From Nitrosopumilus sp. (GTDB lineage: Archaea > Thermoproteota > Nitrososphaeria > Nitrososphaerales > Nitrosopumilaceae): a DNA stretch of 64,000 nt. Below, piece after piece: positions 10,997 to 22,289 of this stretch (position 1 is its first letter; each line of letters begins with the position of its first letter). Under the pieces are notes generated by a model. That model had not been told where the DNA came from and ran no database searches. It saw only the letters and a list, made by a program, of their open reading frames with translations. The position numbers and the translations under genes are program-made. The stretch is from the NCBI GenBank assembly GCA_965238275.1, contig OZ250186.1, positions 1,728,001 to 1,792,000 of the forward strand, read 5' to 3'.

Positions 10997-11048
10997 CCTA
11001 CAGTTTTCCCCCCTCAGACTTTATCTATTACCGGAACGCCACACCATC

Positions 11049-11296
11049 ATGGAGAGTTGCGACCGGCGCGTCCGGGCATACAAGAATGGAAGAACCCTTG
11101 AGCAGTGCCGCGACATTGCCGAATCAATGAACCCCGGATTCAAGGTACAGATAGAGCAGAATGGCCGCGTCCTGTGGAGTGAGATACTTGCGCAGGCGGA
11201 TCATGACGAGCTTGTCTACAAGTTTACGCTAAAGTTTCTCAGGCGCGACGGCTACGACATCGGCAACTACAAGACCCCCGAGGTAAAGCGGTTTGC

Positions 11297-11300
<4 letters not shown>
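11049..11300 (+). CDS. hypothetical protein
   Basis: ATG 11049 preceded by a TTTATCTA box; compact protein-like ORF. Confidence 0.65.
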
Positions 11301-12118
<818 letters not shown>

Positions 12119-12166
12119 GCCTTGTACTCTGCCCCGGTCTGATTAAATCCTATCTTGCATGGCTCC

Positions 12167-13993
12167 TCAGCTTAGCCGCGGGACAAAGATGTAGATGATT
12201 GCAATTATCTCCAGCCTCCCAAAGATCATCAGGAATCCCAGGTATATCTTGGTTGCCGGATCCGTCTCCGAGTCGATGACCCCGGCTGAGAGTCCGCCCG
12301 TGGTGATGACCCCCACTGCCTCGAGGAATGCGTCCTGGTATGGCACGTTCTCTATGGCTGCAAGGTGCACCCCCGTGACTGCCGAGATTATCAGAAAGAG
12401 CCCCAGTATGATGCTGGTTGATACGATCTCCTTTCTTGTCTGGTCTTCAAGGCTGCTCCATCCGGACCTTTTAAGCGCCCGGAATGCGTCCCTAAAATGA
12501 AAGAGCCTGAATATCTTCAGCCCCCCGGCAGTGGAGAACCCGCAGCCCCCTATAATCATGAGGATGACAAGTATCAACTGCGCCGGCCCCCCGAGCCCTG
12601 CAAGGCTCTCCAGCTGCAGGCCCGCAGTGGTGCTTGCAGATACGGTGAGAAACGCGCCGTCCAGCGGGTCGATACCGGAGATGGCCATGAACAGGAGCAG
12701 CGCGCCGCCCAGTATTGCAAAGTACGTCAGGACCTCCCTGCCAAGCTTTGGGGCAAGGAACTTTTTTCTTACAAACGCATAGTGGAACGTAAACGGCAGC
12801 GCGCCCAGGATCATCGCGCCCATCAGCACCACGTACTCCTGCCACATCAGGCCTTCAAGGATCGTCGATGACGGGACAAACCCCCCGGTGGCAAGCGTGC
12901 TCATTGCCAGCGAAAAGTCGTCAAGAAGGTTCCCCCTGCCAAGTACAAACAGCAAAAGCGCCACTATCACGATGTACAGGGCAAAGATGACTGTGATGGT
13001 AAGGAAGAGCTCCTTCATGTGGAGCGTCTTTCCGGATATGAACCCGCGCATGGACTGCAGCTTTGACTCGGGATAGAACGCAGTGATTACCAGGTATATG
13101 AAACTCATGCCCCCGACTAGCTGCGTGTAACTGCGATAGAATGTAAAGCTCTGCTGGAGTTCCTCCGGGTTCTCAAAGAGCGATATTCCTCCGGTGGTAA
13201 ACCCTGCAGCGCTTGAAAAGAACGCGTTTCCAAACGTCTCCACGCTGGTGTCATCGTCGGGAAAGACGTACAGGTACGGCACGGTTCCAAAAAGCGACAG
13301 AAGAAAGAGGCTTGCAAAGACCAGGATGGATGCCTGCTGCAGGTTCAGGCTTGACTTTTCGCCATACGAGTTCAGAAAGAATCCCGTGACAAGCAAAAGG
13401 ACGGTAGTCAGGTATATTCCGGTGGCAATGGTGGTATCCTCAAGTATGGTTGCAACGATTGCAGGAACAAGCAGCAGGACGCCTGCAAACTGCAGCACAA
13501 AGCCAAGGTTGCCAAGCACTGCCTTGACCGGGGGGCTCAGGAGCCTTGGCGGGATTGCAATTGCGTCCCTTATGGCATTTGCAATGGTCGCCTCAAAGAT
13601 CATCCCGACGATCTCGTCCTTCTTTGAGAGGACCGGCAGTTTTCTGACATTGTTCTTCTTCATCGTGTCCAGTGCCTCCTTGAGTGTGGATTTTTCGCCG
13701 ATTGTGATTAGCGGGGTGCTCATGACATCCTTCAGGATGGTGGTCTCGGCATAGACTGTCGCGTCACTTACCTTGCTGAGGATGTCATCGTCGGTGACGA
13801 TTCCAATGGGGGTGCCCTGCCTGTCTGTGACTATGACGTCGTCCCTTTCATACCTGCGCAGCAGCCTGGCAGCAGTCCTTGTCAGCGTCCCCGAGGGCAG
13901 TTTCAGTACATCCTTGTCCATGTACTCCCTCACATGCTTGTTTCGGACGTAGGATATGGCCCGCTCCGGGTTTGTAGACAACAGGGTATCCAC
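12167..13993 (-). CDS. trkH: CBS-domain-fused TrkH potassium uptake protein
   Basis: Tandem CBS pair, then pore loops FTTGG, LATGGF, STTAG, ITTGG and final GRLE. Confidence 0.9.
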   Translation of the reverse strand: MDTLLSTNPERAISYVRNKHVREYMDKDVLKLPSGTLTRTAARLLRRYERDDVIVTDRQGTPIGIVTDDDILSKVSDATVYAETTILKDVMSTPLITIGEKSTLKEALDTMKKNNVRKLPVLSKKDEIVGMIFEATIANAIRDAIAIPPRLLSPPVKAVLGNLGFVLQFAGVLLLVPAIVATILEDTTIATGIYLTTVLLLVTGFFLNSYGEKSSLNLQQASILVFASLFLLSLFGTVPYLYVFPDDDTSVETFGNAFFSSAAGFTTGGISLFENPEELQQSFTFYRSYTQLVGGMSFIYLVITAFYPESKLQSMRGFISGKTLHMKELFLTITVIFALYIVIVALLLFVLGRGNLLDDFSLAMSTLATGGFVPSSTILEGLMWQEYVVLMGAMILGALPFTFHYAFVRKKFLAPKLGREVLTYFAILGGALLLFMAISGIDPLDGAFLTVSASTTAGLQLESLAGLGGPAQLILVILMIIGGCGFSTAGGLKIFRLFHFRDAFRALKRSGWSSLEDQTRKEIVSTSIILGLFLIISAVTGVHLAAIENVPYQDAFLEAVGVITTGGLSAGVIDSETDPATKIYLGFLMIFGRLEIIAIIYIFVPRLS

Positions 13994-14114
13994 GGTTGCG
14001 GATTTTAAATAATTTGGGGTTGGGAGTCTGCAGCGTCATGCAGCATGGGTTTGTGCCCGAACGGGGTGCCTCTGTGTGAATTATGCTTATAAGCATTGGG
14101 GGTGGAATTCTGTC

Positions 14115-14540
14115 ATGGATATCGACCAGGTCCAGGAGCCTGACTACGAGTCTGTGCGGATTGAATACGTCGGGTTCGTCGATCCGTATGCAGTGGAGGG
14201 ATTGATCATCCTCAAGACCGATGACGGAAGGGAATTTCACATGAGGGCGTTTTCAGGCGAGGTTGCAAGGCACATGTCGGGTTTTGGCAGTGCCGAAGGC
14301 GAGTCCGTCCCGTCAGTATACCAGATGATAGAGGAGATCTGCGAGGAGAACGAGCTGGTGCTGGTAAAGGTAAAGATTTACGAGAGCGGCCAGGTGCTGC
14401 GGGCAAACCTCTACTTTACAGGCAGAAAGGACATGGTGCTGCGCAACTATCGCGCCTCAGACGCAGTCGCGCTGGGGGCATTTTACAACATTCCGATACT
14501 GCTCAGAAAGAACCTCCTCAGGGTCAGTACGGACGCATGA
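14115..14540 (+). CDS. bifunctional nuclease family protein (DUF151)
   Basis: RASDAVAL...IPI motif. Confidence 0.8.
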   Translation: MDIDQVQEPDYESVRIEYVGFVDPYAVEGLIILKTDDGREFHMRAFSGEVARHMSGFGSAEGESVPSVYQMIEEICEENELVLVKVKIYESGQVLRANLYFTGRKDMVLRNYRASDAVALGAFYNIPILLRKNLLRVSTDA

Positions 14541-15014
14541 TGCCTGCCGGGTTCAGGCAGGCGTGCCGGTTTTATGGCACCATCACACCAAAATCCATTG
14601 CCGCCCCTGCGGCCTGAATTGCAGGCGTCTGCAAAAAACCACAGCGCTGATGCACAAGATCAGATAAAATCACGCATTTGTCGTACTCGTGCATATTGCG
14701 TGGAAAATATTACCGCTCATCGGCATCTGTCTCCGTCTGCAGGCACGGGCAGGAGCACCCCTGCAGGATTGCATTACACAAGCGCACCATTTTACGTCCA
14801 TCTCTGATGTATTCCAGGGCAGTGTCATCGCATGCCGGATGGTCCGGCAGATTAACAGGTTTGTCAATGTACTATTTTATACCACACTTAACAATTGGCA
14901 TATCTGATTTTCCTGCAAGAGTGATCATCCGGTATTCGCTTAAATATGATCAACGCAAACAAATAACCTAGGAAGATAAATTAGGTATAAATACTGAATG
15001 TGTGTAATTATAGT

Positions 15015-15155
15015 ATGGCAAGAAGAGTTACGATCATGATTCAAGATGATCTGGATAGAAAAGTGCGCCAATACCAGGCCAAGATGATACAAAGTAGCAA
15101 CAAATCATACAGCTATTCCAGGGCTGTCAATGACATACTAAAGAAAAACATCTAA
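15015..15155 (+). CDS. 46-aa ribbon-helix-helix protein, copy 3
   Basis: MARRVTIMIQDDLDRKVRQYQAKMIQSSNKSYSYSRAVNDILKKNI; TATAAATA just upstream. Confidence 0.8.
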   Translation: MARRVTIMIQDDLDRKVRQYQAKMIQSSNKSYSYSRAVNDILKKNI

Positions 15156-15635
15156 AATAATCCAGCATCAGACTGCATTGTGGTGATCAAAAGACCGTGC
15201 CAGATAGTTTGGTTTTCTGACGGCAGATTGGGAAATCTCCGGATTGAATCCGGGAAATCCGCGATACCCTGAGTGGAAACTGCGCATGTGCAAAATTTTT
15301 TGTGACATTCTGAAACCGGGGGGAGGGAGGGATCTGATGCAGTCATTCCCCCGGGATTGGGATGTGGCAAGTCTGGAATATCCGAAATTTGGCTAGCAGT
15401 GGCACAACTGGATATGAATTAAATCCGGAATGTGTCAGTATTGCACGTGCATGCCGCCTCAAAAGGCTGCGGGGTCTGCACGGTGTTGGGTTTGGCAGGC
15501 TCAATTTTGCACATGCCCCCGCAGCATAGAACGACGTGCCTGATTTGGTTCGGTTGTATGCTGCGGATGCAAACTCTTTTTTTGAGCCCGCCGTTTTGTA
15601 TCTGCGTGGGCAGGACAATATTCATCAAGGAGATA

Positions 15636-15863
15636 ATTGCAATCCTCAAAAAACCCGAATTCTGTCCCAGGTGTATGAAGAGTGACCGGCTAGAGGAGGG
15701 TGTAGTCCGGGAGGAAAGGACCGGGGGCAGCACCCTTTTGTGCACCAGGTGCGAGGCGCTGACGGTGGTTACAAACCAGAACATCAGGCGCGTGGAGCTC
15801 TCATCAAGCCGGGGGGACGTGATAATGCTCAAGGAGCCGCATCTCATCAGAAGGGTGGGCTGA
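15636..15863 (+). CDS. small Zn-ribbon protein (start uncertain, possibly ATT)
   Basis: CPRC...CTRC; AAGGAG upstream of in-frame ATT 15636. Confidence 0.6.
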   Translation: MAILKKPEFCPRCMKSDRLEEGVVREERTGGSTLLCTRCEALTVVTNQNIRRVELSSSRGDVIMLKEPHLIRRVG

Positions 15864-16065
15864 GGTTTCAGGATGCAGTAATATAGGATAATGCCCGGAC
15901 GCTAGGTGCTGATGATTATCTGACAACCTGCTGATGCGTGATGAGTTTGCCGAATTATGAAGCACGGGATTCCAATGGCGTCATTGCGCCTGTAATGGTT
16001 TGGTGCCAAGCCGGTTTGGCTGGCTTGTGCGGTTAACTGACGAATGGTTATATCATGTCCAGCCA

Positions 16066-16251
16066 ATGTGTGTTGTGGTCTGGTACTATATCGCAATTGG
16101 GATTGCCGCAGCCGTAATCATCAAGCTTGCCATTCCGTATATCCGGCGGAGATACGTAGATAACGATGGTGCCGTGGCGTGCCCCGTATGTGGCAACCGA
16201 TACACTAGGAATGAGGGGCCGTGCCCCAAGTGTGGCGTGGGCGGCAGATGA
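16066..16251 (+). CDS. small membrane-anchored Zn-ribbon protein
   Basis: N-terminal TM followed by CPVC...CPKC. Confidence 0.6.
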   Translation: MCVVVWYYIAIGIAAAVIIKLAIPYIRRRYVDNDGAVACPVCGNRYTRNEGPCPKCGVGGR

Positions 16252-16460
16252 CGGCCGGATGCATCCAGTCGTGCACGCTTGGTTTTGGTTCTTCCCTGTG
16301 CAGGGATGCTGCACAACCCAACTGCAGATCATGCGCATGGGATTTCAGGCAGATGACGGCCGGATGCATCCAGTCGTGCACGCTTGGTTTTGGTTCTTCC
16401 CTGTGCAGGGATGCTGCACAACCCAACTGCAGATCATGCGCATGGGATTTCAGGCAGATG
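16243..16460. repeat. perfect 105-bp tandem duplication (2 units + 8 bp)
   Basis: GGCAGATG recurs at 16243, 16348 and 16453 with identical intervening sequence. Confidence 0.9.
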
Positions 16461-16511
16461 TGGTACTAATCTGGAATAACATTTTAAAGCAAAAAACGCG
16501 GTTTTCCTGAT

Positions 16512-17246
16512 ATGGCAGAGATCACCCTTGCAATTGCCGCACTTGCGGGTCTGGGATCCTTTGTGGCACCGTGCATCCTGCCCATGATTCCTGCATTCAT
16601 TGCGTATATCTCGGGAACCACCCTCTCGGATCTGAACCAGAGCAGGGGCTCTGGAACAGTCACGATAAACAGGACAAACATCATACTAAACTCAGTCTTT
16701 TTTGTGGTTGGGTTCTCAGTCGTGTTCTCGACGCTTGGCGTGCTGATCAACAGCGTTCTTTCAACGTCCACCGGGGAGATAGTAGCGGGGCTCAACCAGG
16801 CAGGCGGCGTCATAATAGTAGGGTTTGGAGTGTTTCTGCTTTTGTCAACCAAGATCAACAAGCTCAACATGGAAAAAAAGTTCTTCCCAAAGAGGTCCAA
16901 GGCAAGCTATCCAATGTCCTTTGTGTTCGGGCTTGCATTTGCCGTGGGCTGGACCCCGTGCGTGGGACCCATACTGGGCACCATACTGACTCTTGCTGCA
17001 ACCACTCCCTCTGTCGCATTCAACTTGCTACTGGTTTATTCGCTGGGGCTTGGAATACCATTCATACTGATAGGCGTGTTCTATTCCAGGGCAAGCAGGC
17101 TGATCCGCTCAATGAGCAAGCACCTAAAGTACTACAACGTGATTCTGGGGGCATTCATAGTGCTGCTTGGAGTATTGGTGTTTACAAACCAGCTTGCATA
17201 CATTGCAAACTTTCCACTTCTCAACGAGCTGTTGTTCCTAGGGTGA
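16512..17246 (+). CDS. ccdA: cytochrome c biogenesis/thiol-disulfide transporter CcdA
   Basis: SFVAPCILP and GWTPCVGPILG motifs. Confidence 0.92.
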   Translation: MAEITLAIAALAGLGSFVAPCILPMIPAFIAYISGTTLSDLNQSRGSGTVTINRTNIILNSVFFVVGFSVVFSTLGVLINSVLSTSTGEIVAGLNQAGGVIIVGFGVFLLLSTKINKLNMEKKFFPKRSKASYPMSFVFGLAFAVGWTPCVGPILGTILTLAATTPSVAFNLLLVYSLGLGIPFILIGVFYSRASRLIRSMSKHLKYYNVILGAFIVLLGVLVFTNQLAYIANFPLLNELLFLG

Positions 17247-17256
17247 TGATGACGAT

Positions 17257-18384
17257 ATGAAGCCAGAACTCAGAACCCCGCTGATACTTGGAATAGTCAT
17301 TGTGACTGGAATAGGCGCCATGAGCCTCATCTTTTCTGCCTACGACGAGCAGGTTGCAGCACCGGATGCAAGCCTGACAGGAGCGGACGGCACCGCAGGC
17401 AGCGCCCTTTTAACCATCGACAAGTCGGGGTTCAAGACGGCACCGGGGATTGTCGGGATTGCAGACTATATCAACACGACTCCTGAGGCCCTGGCACAGG
17501 AGATGGAAGGCAAGGTGGTCCTGTATGACATATGGACGTACAGCTGCATCAACTGCATCAGGACCCTTCCGCACATTACGGCATGGGACGACAAGTATGC
17601 AGAGCAGGGGCTGCTGATAGTGGGGATTCACAGTCCGGAGTTTGAGTTTGAAAAGGATCTCAACAACGTGCAGACGGCAGTGGCCAAGCACGGGATAAGC
17701 TATCCGGTGGTGCTGGATAATGACAAGGAGACATGGAAGGCATTCGAGAACCGCTACTGGCCAAGAAAGTACATTGCAGACCACGAGGGGTTCATCAGGT
17801 ATGATCACATAGGCGAGGGCGCCTACCAGGAGACTGAAAGGGTCATACAGCAGCTGCTAAGGGAGAGGTCAGCGTCGCTTGGAGTCCAGACTGCCTCAGC
17901 CACGGGTCTGGTTGATGTTGACGAGTTTGAGCATACGCTGTTTCGTACCCCCGAGCTGTACTTTGGGTACTACTTTGCGCAGGGCAGGAGCCAGATTGGA
18001 AGTCCGGAGGGATTCAGTCCCGGAAACACCGTAACGTACTCTGAGCCGGATGCGGTGAACCTGCACAAATTTTATCCGGTAGGGGACTGGACAAACCTCT
18101 CAGACAGCATGGAGCTGGAATCTGAGACCGGCGCCATCAAGCTTCGATACAACGCCAAGGAGGTAAACATTGTCACCGAGAACAGCGCAGAACTTGAGAT
18201 ATTTCTGGACGGTAAGCCGATCCCGCCGGAGCTTGCAGGGGCCGACATCACGTCAGGGAACATCCTGAACGTGGAGGAGCCGGACCTGTACAATATCGTG
18301 TCTGGGGATTCCAGTTCGGAGCACCTCCTGGACATCAGGGTCAGCGGCCAGGGATTCCAGATATTTACGTTCACGTTTGGATGA
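17257..18384 (+). CDS. membrane-anchored redoxin (DipZ C-terminal-like)
   Basis: WTYSCINC, GIHSPEFEFEK, NRYWP, HIGEG, TPELY, FTFG end. Confidence 0.9.
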   Translation: MKPELRTPLILGIVIVTGIGAMSLIFSAYDEQVAAPDASLTGADGTAGSALLTIDKSGFKTAPGIVGIADYINTTPEALAQEMEGKVVLYDIWTYSCINCIRTLPHITAWDDKYAEQGLLIVGIHSPEFEFEKDLNNVQTAVAKHGISYPVVLDNDKETWKAFENRYWPRKYIADHEGFIRYDHIGEGAYQETERVIQQLLRERSASLGVQTASATGLVDVDEFEHTLFRTPELYFGYYFAQGRSQIGSPEGFSPGNTVTYSEPDAVNLHKFYPVGDWTNLSDSMELESETGAIKLRYNAKEVNIVTENSAELEIFLDGKPIPPELAGADITSGNILNVEEPDLYNIVSGDSSSEHLLDIRVSGQGFQIFTFTFG

Positions 18385-18521
18385 TGCGTATTGGATGGCA
18401 CCCATGCCGTCTTGCGCTATGATTGCAGCAGGTACTGGCCGGTGCGCAAGACGGGGCTTTTGGTTGCATGCGCGTCTGCCTGCTCCATTCTTATTGGAAA
18501 GCGGCCAAGCCGTGGCAGCCT

Positions 18522-19139
18522 ATGCGTTTTGATATTGGGATAATTGCCCAGGTGGTGACATCCCCCAACTCTGCGTTTGCGCGCCTCTGCGGCGACCCGG
18601 ACGCATACATGGGACAGTCAGTGGCGGTGTTCCTAGTCGCATCCATCCTCGGGGCAGTCATCGTGGTACCATACGAGATCATCCATGGGCATGCAGGCGG
18701 ATCAAGCTGGGCCCCATTCCTTGTCAACATGACGTCCGTACTGGTAAGCGGGGTAGTCTCCGTGCTGGTCGTGCACCTTGCAGGACGCAGGTTCGGCGGC
18801 AGCCATGACTGGAGACAGACGTTCGTGACGCTGTTCCACGTGCACATGCTGCTTGTGGTGGCGTCTGCAGCCGTCGGGGTGATATGGGTCGCAGTGCCCC
18901 CGTCGGACATGCGCCATTTGATGCTCGCCTTTGAACAGGGCATTGAGCTTGCTCTTGCGTACTATGCCATAGTGGTCGCAGTCTCGGCATGGATCATAGT
19001 CCTGTCTGTAAAGGCGATAAAGGTGGTGCACTCGTTTGGAACGGCCAAGGCGTTCGGGCTGCTGGTTCTGGCCGTGGCTGCCGCATACGCTGCCACCGTG
19101 CCTTTTGATCTCAGCATGCCGCTTGTTGCGGGCCCGTAG
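18522..19139 (+). CDS. Yip1-family membrane protein
   Basis: SPNSAF start, five TMs, GRRFGG and HSFGTAKAFG motifs. Confidence 0.7.
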   Translation: MRFDIGIIAQVVTSPNSAFARLCGDPDAYMGQSVAVFLVASILGAVIVVPYEIIHGHAGGSSWAPFLVNMTSVLVSGVVSVLVVHLAGRRFGGSHDWRQTFVTLFHVHMLLVVASAAVGVIWVAVPPSDMRHLMLAFEQGIELALAYYAIVVAVSAWIIVLSVKAIKVVHSFGTAKAFGLLVLAVAAAYAATVPFDLSMPLVAGP

Positions 19140-19490
19140 CCAAGACTGTGGCAGCGATGCTTAATTGTGCCACGGCAGGTTGTCTCCACCATGGTACGTA
19201 ATTCCTCCCAGCCGAAGTCTGACAGATGCGTCTTCTGATCAGTGATCCTGTATGCCCCGCAATGAGAACACCAAAGACGGAAAAGATACCGGCAGCGTTA
19301 CGAACTTGCAAAGTCGAGTCGTTTCATCTGAACGGAGGATTGATCGATGTAATCGGGAGAACCCGTGCCCACATCCGAAAATCGGTAACCGGGTGGGTGT
19401 AACTGCACCCTGCTGTAACTGCAGTTACATGATGCATGGTAACACACCGGTTTAAAGCAAATATTTCAAGATAACCTGAGGAAACCAAGA

Positions 19491-20147
19491 TTGTTAAGCA
19501 ATTCCTGGAACAGGACAGAAAAAGAGAGCATCTCCCAGAAAATGATGGGCAGGGTAAGACCTGAAGAACCATTAAAGAACAGGATTGATGTTGCGCAGAA
19601 AAAGCTGCAATTCCAGATCTCAAAGCTTGAGAAAATCGGTGAAAAGTTGCAAATGAAACATGATGTGATCTTCGAAAAGATCGTCCAAGCGCAGAAAAGC
19701 AACAGAAACCGGTATGCTCATGCTTATGCAGGAGAGCTGGCGCAGGTACGCAAGATGAAGAACATGATCAGCGGCGCAAGATTGTCCATGGAGCAGATCA
19801 GGCTCAGACTGGATACTGTTTCGGAGTTGGGAGACGTAGTAGTAACTCTCAGCCCATGCATGTCGATCATCAAGGGCCTCAGTCCGTCGTTGAGCGGGAT
19901 TATGCCAGACGCGAATGCATCCATGCAGGGTCTGTCCCAGATTCTCGGCGATGTGATGGCTGACTCCTCGATGAATCTCGGAAGTGACATAAGCGTGGAT
20001 ACTGGGAGCAACGCAGACACGCTTGCAATCCTGGAAGAGGCACATGATGTAATTGCAGGCCAGACAAAGTCTGCAATTCCGGATGTCCCAGACAGCCTCA
20101 AAGGGCAGCGCGTTGACAGGATGCGCGGCTCGATACAAGAGGCCTGA
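19491..20147 (+). CDS. cdvB: ESCRT-III/CdvB paralogue (Snf7 family)
   Basis: PLKNRI...QISKL...YAGELAQVRKM...EQIRLRLDTVSELGDVVVTLSP...ILEEA; paralogue number not resolved. Confidence 0.9.
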   Translation: MLSNSWNRTEKESISQKMMGRVRPEEPLKNRIDVAQKKLQFQISKLEKIGEKLQMKHDVIFEKIVQAQKSNRNRYAHAYAGELAQVRKMKNMISGARLSMEQIRLRLDTVSELGDVVVTLSPCMSIIKGLSPSLSGIMPDANASMQGLSQILGDVMADSSMNLGSDISVDTGSNADTLAILEEAHDVIAGQTKSAIPDVPDSLKGQRVDRMRGSIQEA

Positions 20148-20150
20148 ATG

Positions 20151-20723
20151 TCAGGGAGACGGCTGATCACCGCTTCTCTGGATCAGGGCCTTTTTTATTC
20201 TAAATATGGTGGGATAGCTGTATCCGCGCCTGCGGTAGTTTGCAATCATGATCTTCCAGTTCTTCAGCCTCCACCGGGCCTGCTCGGCGGTGACTGAGTG
20301 GACCTCCTTTTGGATTATGCTCTTTCGTCCCACCCTTAGGGTCCCTGCGTCCTTTGCAGACCACCTGTTTCTTGCAAACTTTAGCCCCGCCAGAATCTCG
20401 TCTAGCGGCATCTCCCCAAAGTATTTTTGCAGATCCCTCATCTGGGAGTCGGTGGGCTTTTCTGCTACCGGAAGCCGTATGGTATCCTTCACAGGATTAT
20501 CTGGACCGCACCCACTTAATAGAATCACGCCTTTTCCCCCGGCACGGCGCCCTGACGGGATGCCTTCCGGTGTGGCTATGCCCGAACGCCAGGGTATGGA
20601 TTGTCCGGGCATGCCGGGGGACGGTGCAGGTTTCCCCAAGAACAGGGTATTTACGGAGGCTGCCAGGTTCGCATCCAGGCAGACGGGACATGCGACAATT
20701 TTATAGGGTCCTGTGGAATTCAT
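20151..20723 (-). CDS. conserved hypothetical protein (true start probably ~20480)
   Basis: C-terminal ~105 aa basic and protein-like; N-terminal part looks like non-coding read-through. Confidence 0.6.
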   Translation of the reverse strand: MNSTGPYKIVACPVCLDANLAASVNTLFLGKPAPSPGMPGQSIPWRSGIATPEGIPSGRRAGGKGVILLSGCGPDNPVKDTIRLPVAEKPTDSQMRDLQKYFGEMPLDEILAGLKFARNRWSAKDAGTLRVGRKSIIQKEVHSVTAEQARWRLKNWKIMIANYRRRGYSYPTIFRIKKALIQRSGDQPSP

Positions 20724-20966
20724 TGCATGGGTCGACTTACCAAGATTCTTGTGCTGGTTCCCCTGACTGCCTTTGGGGTTGTGATACTGGGGTTTGGGAT
20801 GTACCTGACTCTGTGCAAAAACTCCAACATCCCGCTTGACTGCTGATGCCGGTCTGCAGACGGACGGACGGACGGACGGACAGTCGGATACTGCATGGTC
20901 AAAAATGCGCGTGGTTTGGCCACATCGGCATGTCCGGATGCAGCAGGCAGTGGTGGATTCCCACGC

Positions 20967-21404
20967 TTAATCTGCAGCATCCTGAACGGTGACGGTAAAT
21001 GTCCCCCGGACGTTGGAATTCTGCAGGTTCCGTATCATCTTCCTTGGAATGGCATCTGAGGCCCCGTCACAGCGTATGGCAAGCGTCCTTGGGCATGTGA
21101 AGCTGCTGGTCCTGATCACAATGTCATGCTCATCAGACAGTTCAAGGTCGGGATGCCCGGACCCGTTCACGACAAACTCCGAGTCCCCAACCCGGATGGA
21201 GATGGCAACGCGCGCGCCGGTACTTCTGAGCATGGCCTTCATCTCGTCAGGCAGGCCGGCGCATCCTGATGCGGCCCCGACCCCGACGATGCAGTCGCCC
21301 TGCAGGGTCAGGTACGGCTCCCTTGTAATCTCTATGGTTCTGCCGTGCAGTGATCTGATGTTTGGGTGCCCGGAGAAGGGTATCTTAAAGTGCATGTACG
21401 TCAA
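20967..21404 (-). CDS. DUF371 family protein
   Basis: GHPNIRSLHGRTIEIT...GDCIVGV...GHPDL...DIVIRTS.F..RTLAI. Confidence 0.9.
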   Translation of the reverse strand: MTYMHFKIPFSGHPNIRSLHGRTIEITREPYLTLQGDCIVGVGAASGCAGLPDEMKAMLRSTGARVAISIRVGDSEFVVNGSGHPDLELSDEHDIVIRTSSFTCPRTLAIRCDGASDAIPRKMIRNLQNSNVRGTFTVTVQDAAD

Positions 21405-21410
21405 ACTGGC

Positions 21411-22289
21411 CTAGAGGTACCTTTTGTTCTTTTTGATGTAATATTTCATAAACCACTTTACAAAGAACATTTCGTCATTGTTTAGTTGCGATTTTTCCAG
21501 TGAACCAAAGTATGACCTCCTGTCCCTGCTTTCAATCAGCATGGGTGGGCATCCGTGCCTGATCAGCAGGCAGTTCATGATCATTCTGGATATCCTGCCG
21601 TTCCCGTCTGCAAACGGGTGAATCGACACGAACGCATAGTGTGCAAGGGCCGAGAACTCCACGGGGTTTCGCGGTTCTTCCTTGTCCAGCCACTCAAAGA
21701 ACATTTTGATCCTTTTTGGAATCTCAAAAGACGGCGCAAACTCTATCTTTGGGTTCGTTATCACCCCCACCGTATGGCGTCTGAATGCTCCTGCCTCGCC
21801 AATCTTTGTCTGGCCGAATACTTTGGCATGCCACCTTTGAACTTCCTCTACTGTAATCCCGGGCGGCGTCCTTGCAGTTACCAGATCCATGAACAACTCA
21901 TAATGTCTCTTCGTCTCGATCGTGTCTGTGTTTGACTTTCTTGCAGGGGTCACGCCGTGGACCAGCAAGTCGTTTGTGTCTGCCCTGCTCAGGGCAGAAC
22001 CCTCCATCCTTTGCGTGTTGTAGGTAAACGCGATGCCAAAACTCTCAAAATTCTTCAATTTTATCGATTCTTCAATTCCGGCATTCTCCTTCCCGTAGTT
22101 TCTGATGATCTCTTCTGTCTTTCTGTCCCATTCGTGCCGGAAGAACTCCCTTTCAAGCGTTCTTTTCCGCTCCTTGATGTCCTTTGGTATCGTCCTGCCC
22201 AGGTATCTCTTCATGGATCTGCCGCCTGATTGGTGGACTAGATAATAGAACGAGGTATTCCCCTTTTTCTGGCAGATCACGTTGGCCAT
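21411..22289 (-). CDS. Fic family protein (class II, N-terminal inhibitory motif)
   Basis: HPFADGNGRISR catalytic motif; TQRMEG inhibitory motif; start ATG 22289 after an AT-rich promoter. Confidence 0.9.
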   Translation of the reverse strand: MANVICQKKGNTSFYYLVHQSGGRSMKRYLGRTIPKDIKERKRTLEREFFRHEWDRKTEEIIRNYGKENAGIEESIKLKNFESFGIAFTYNTQRMEGSALSRADTNDLLVHGVTPARKSNTDTIETKRHYELFMDLVTARTPPGITVEEVQRWHAKVFGQTKIGEAGAFRRHTVGVITNPKIEFAPSFEIPKRIKMFFEWLDKEEPRNPVEFSALAHYAFVSIHPFADGNGRISRMIMNCLLIRHGCPPMLIESRDRRSYFGSLEKSQLNNDEMFFVKWFMKYYIKKNKRYL

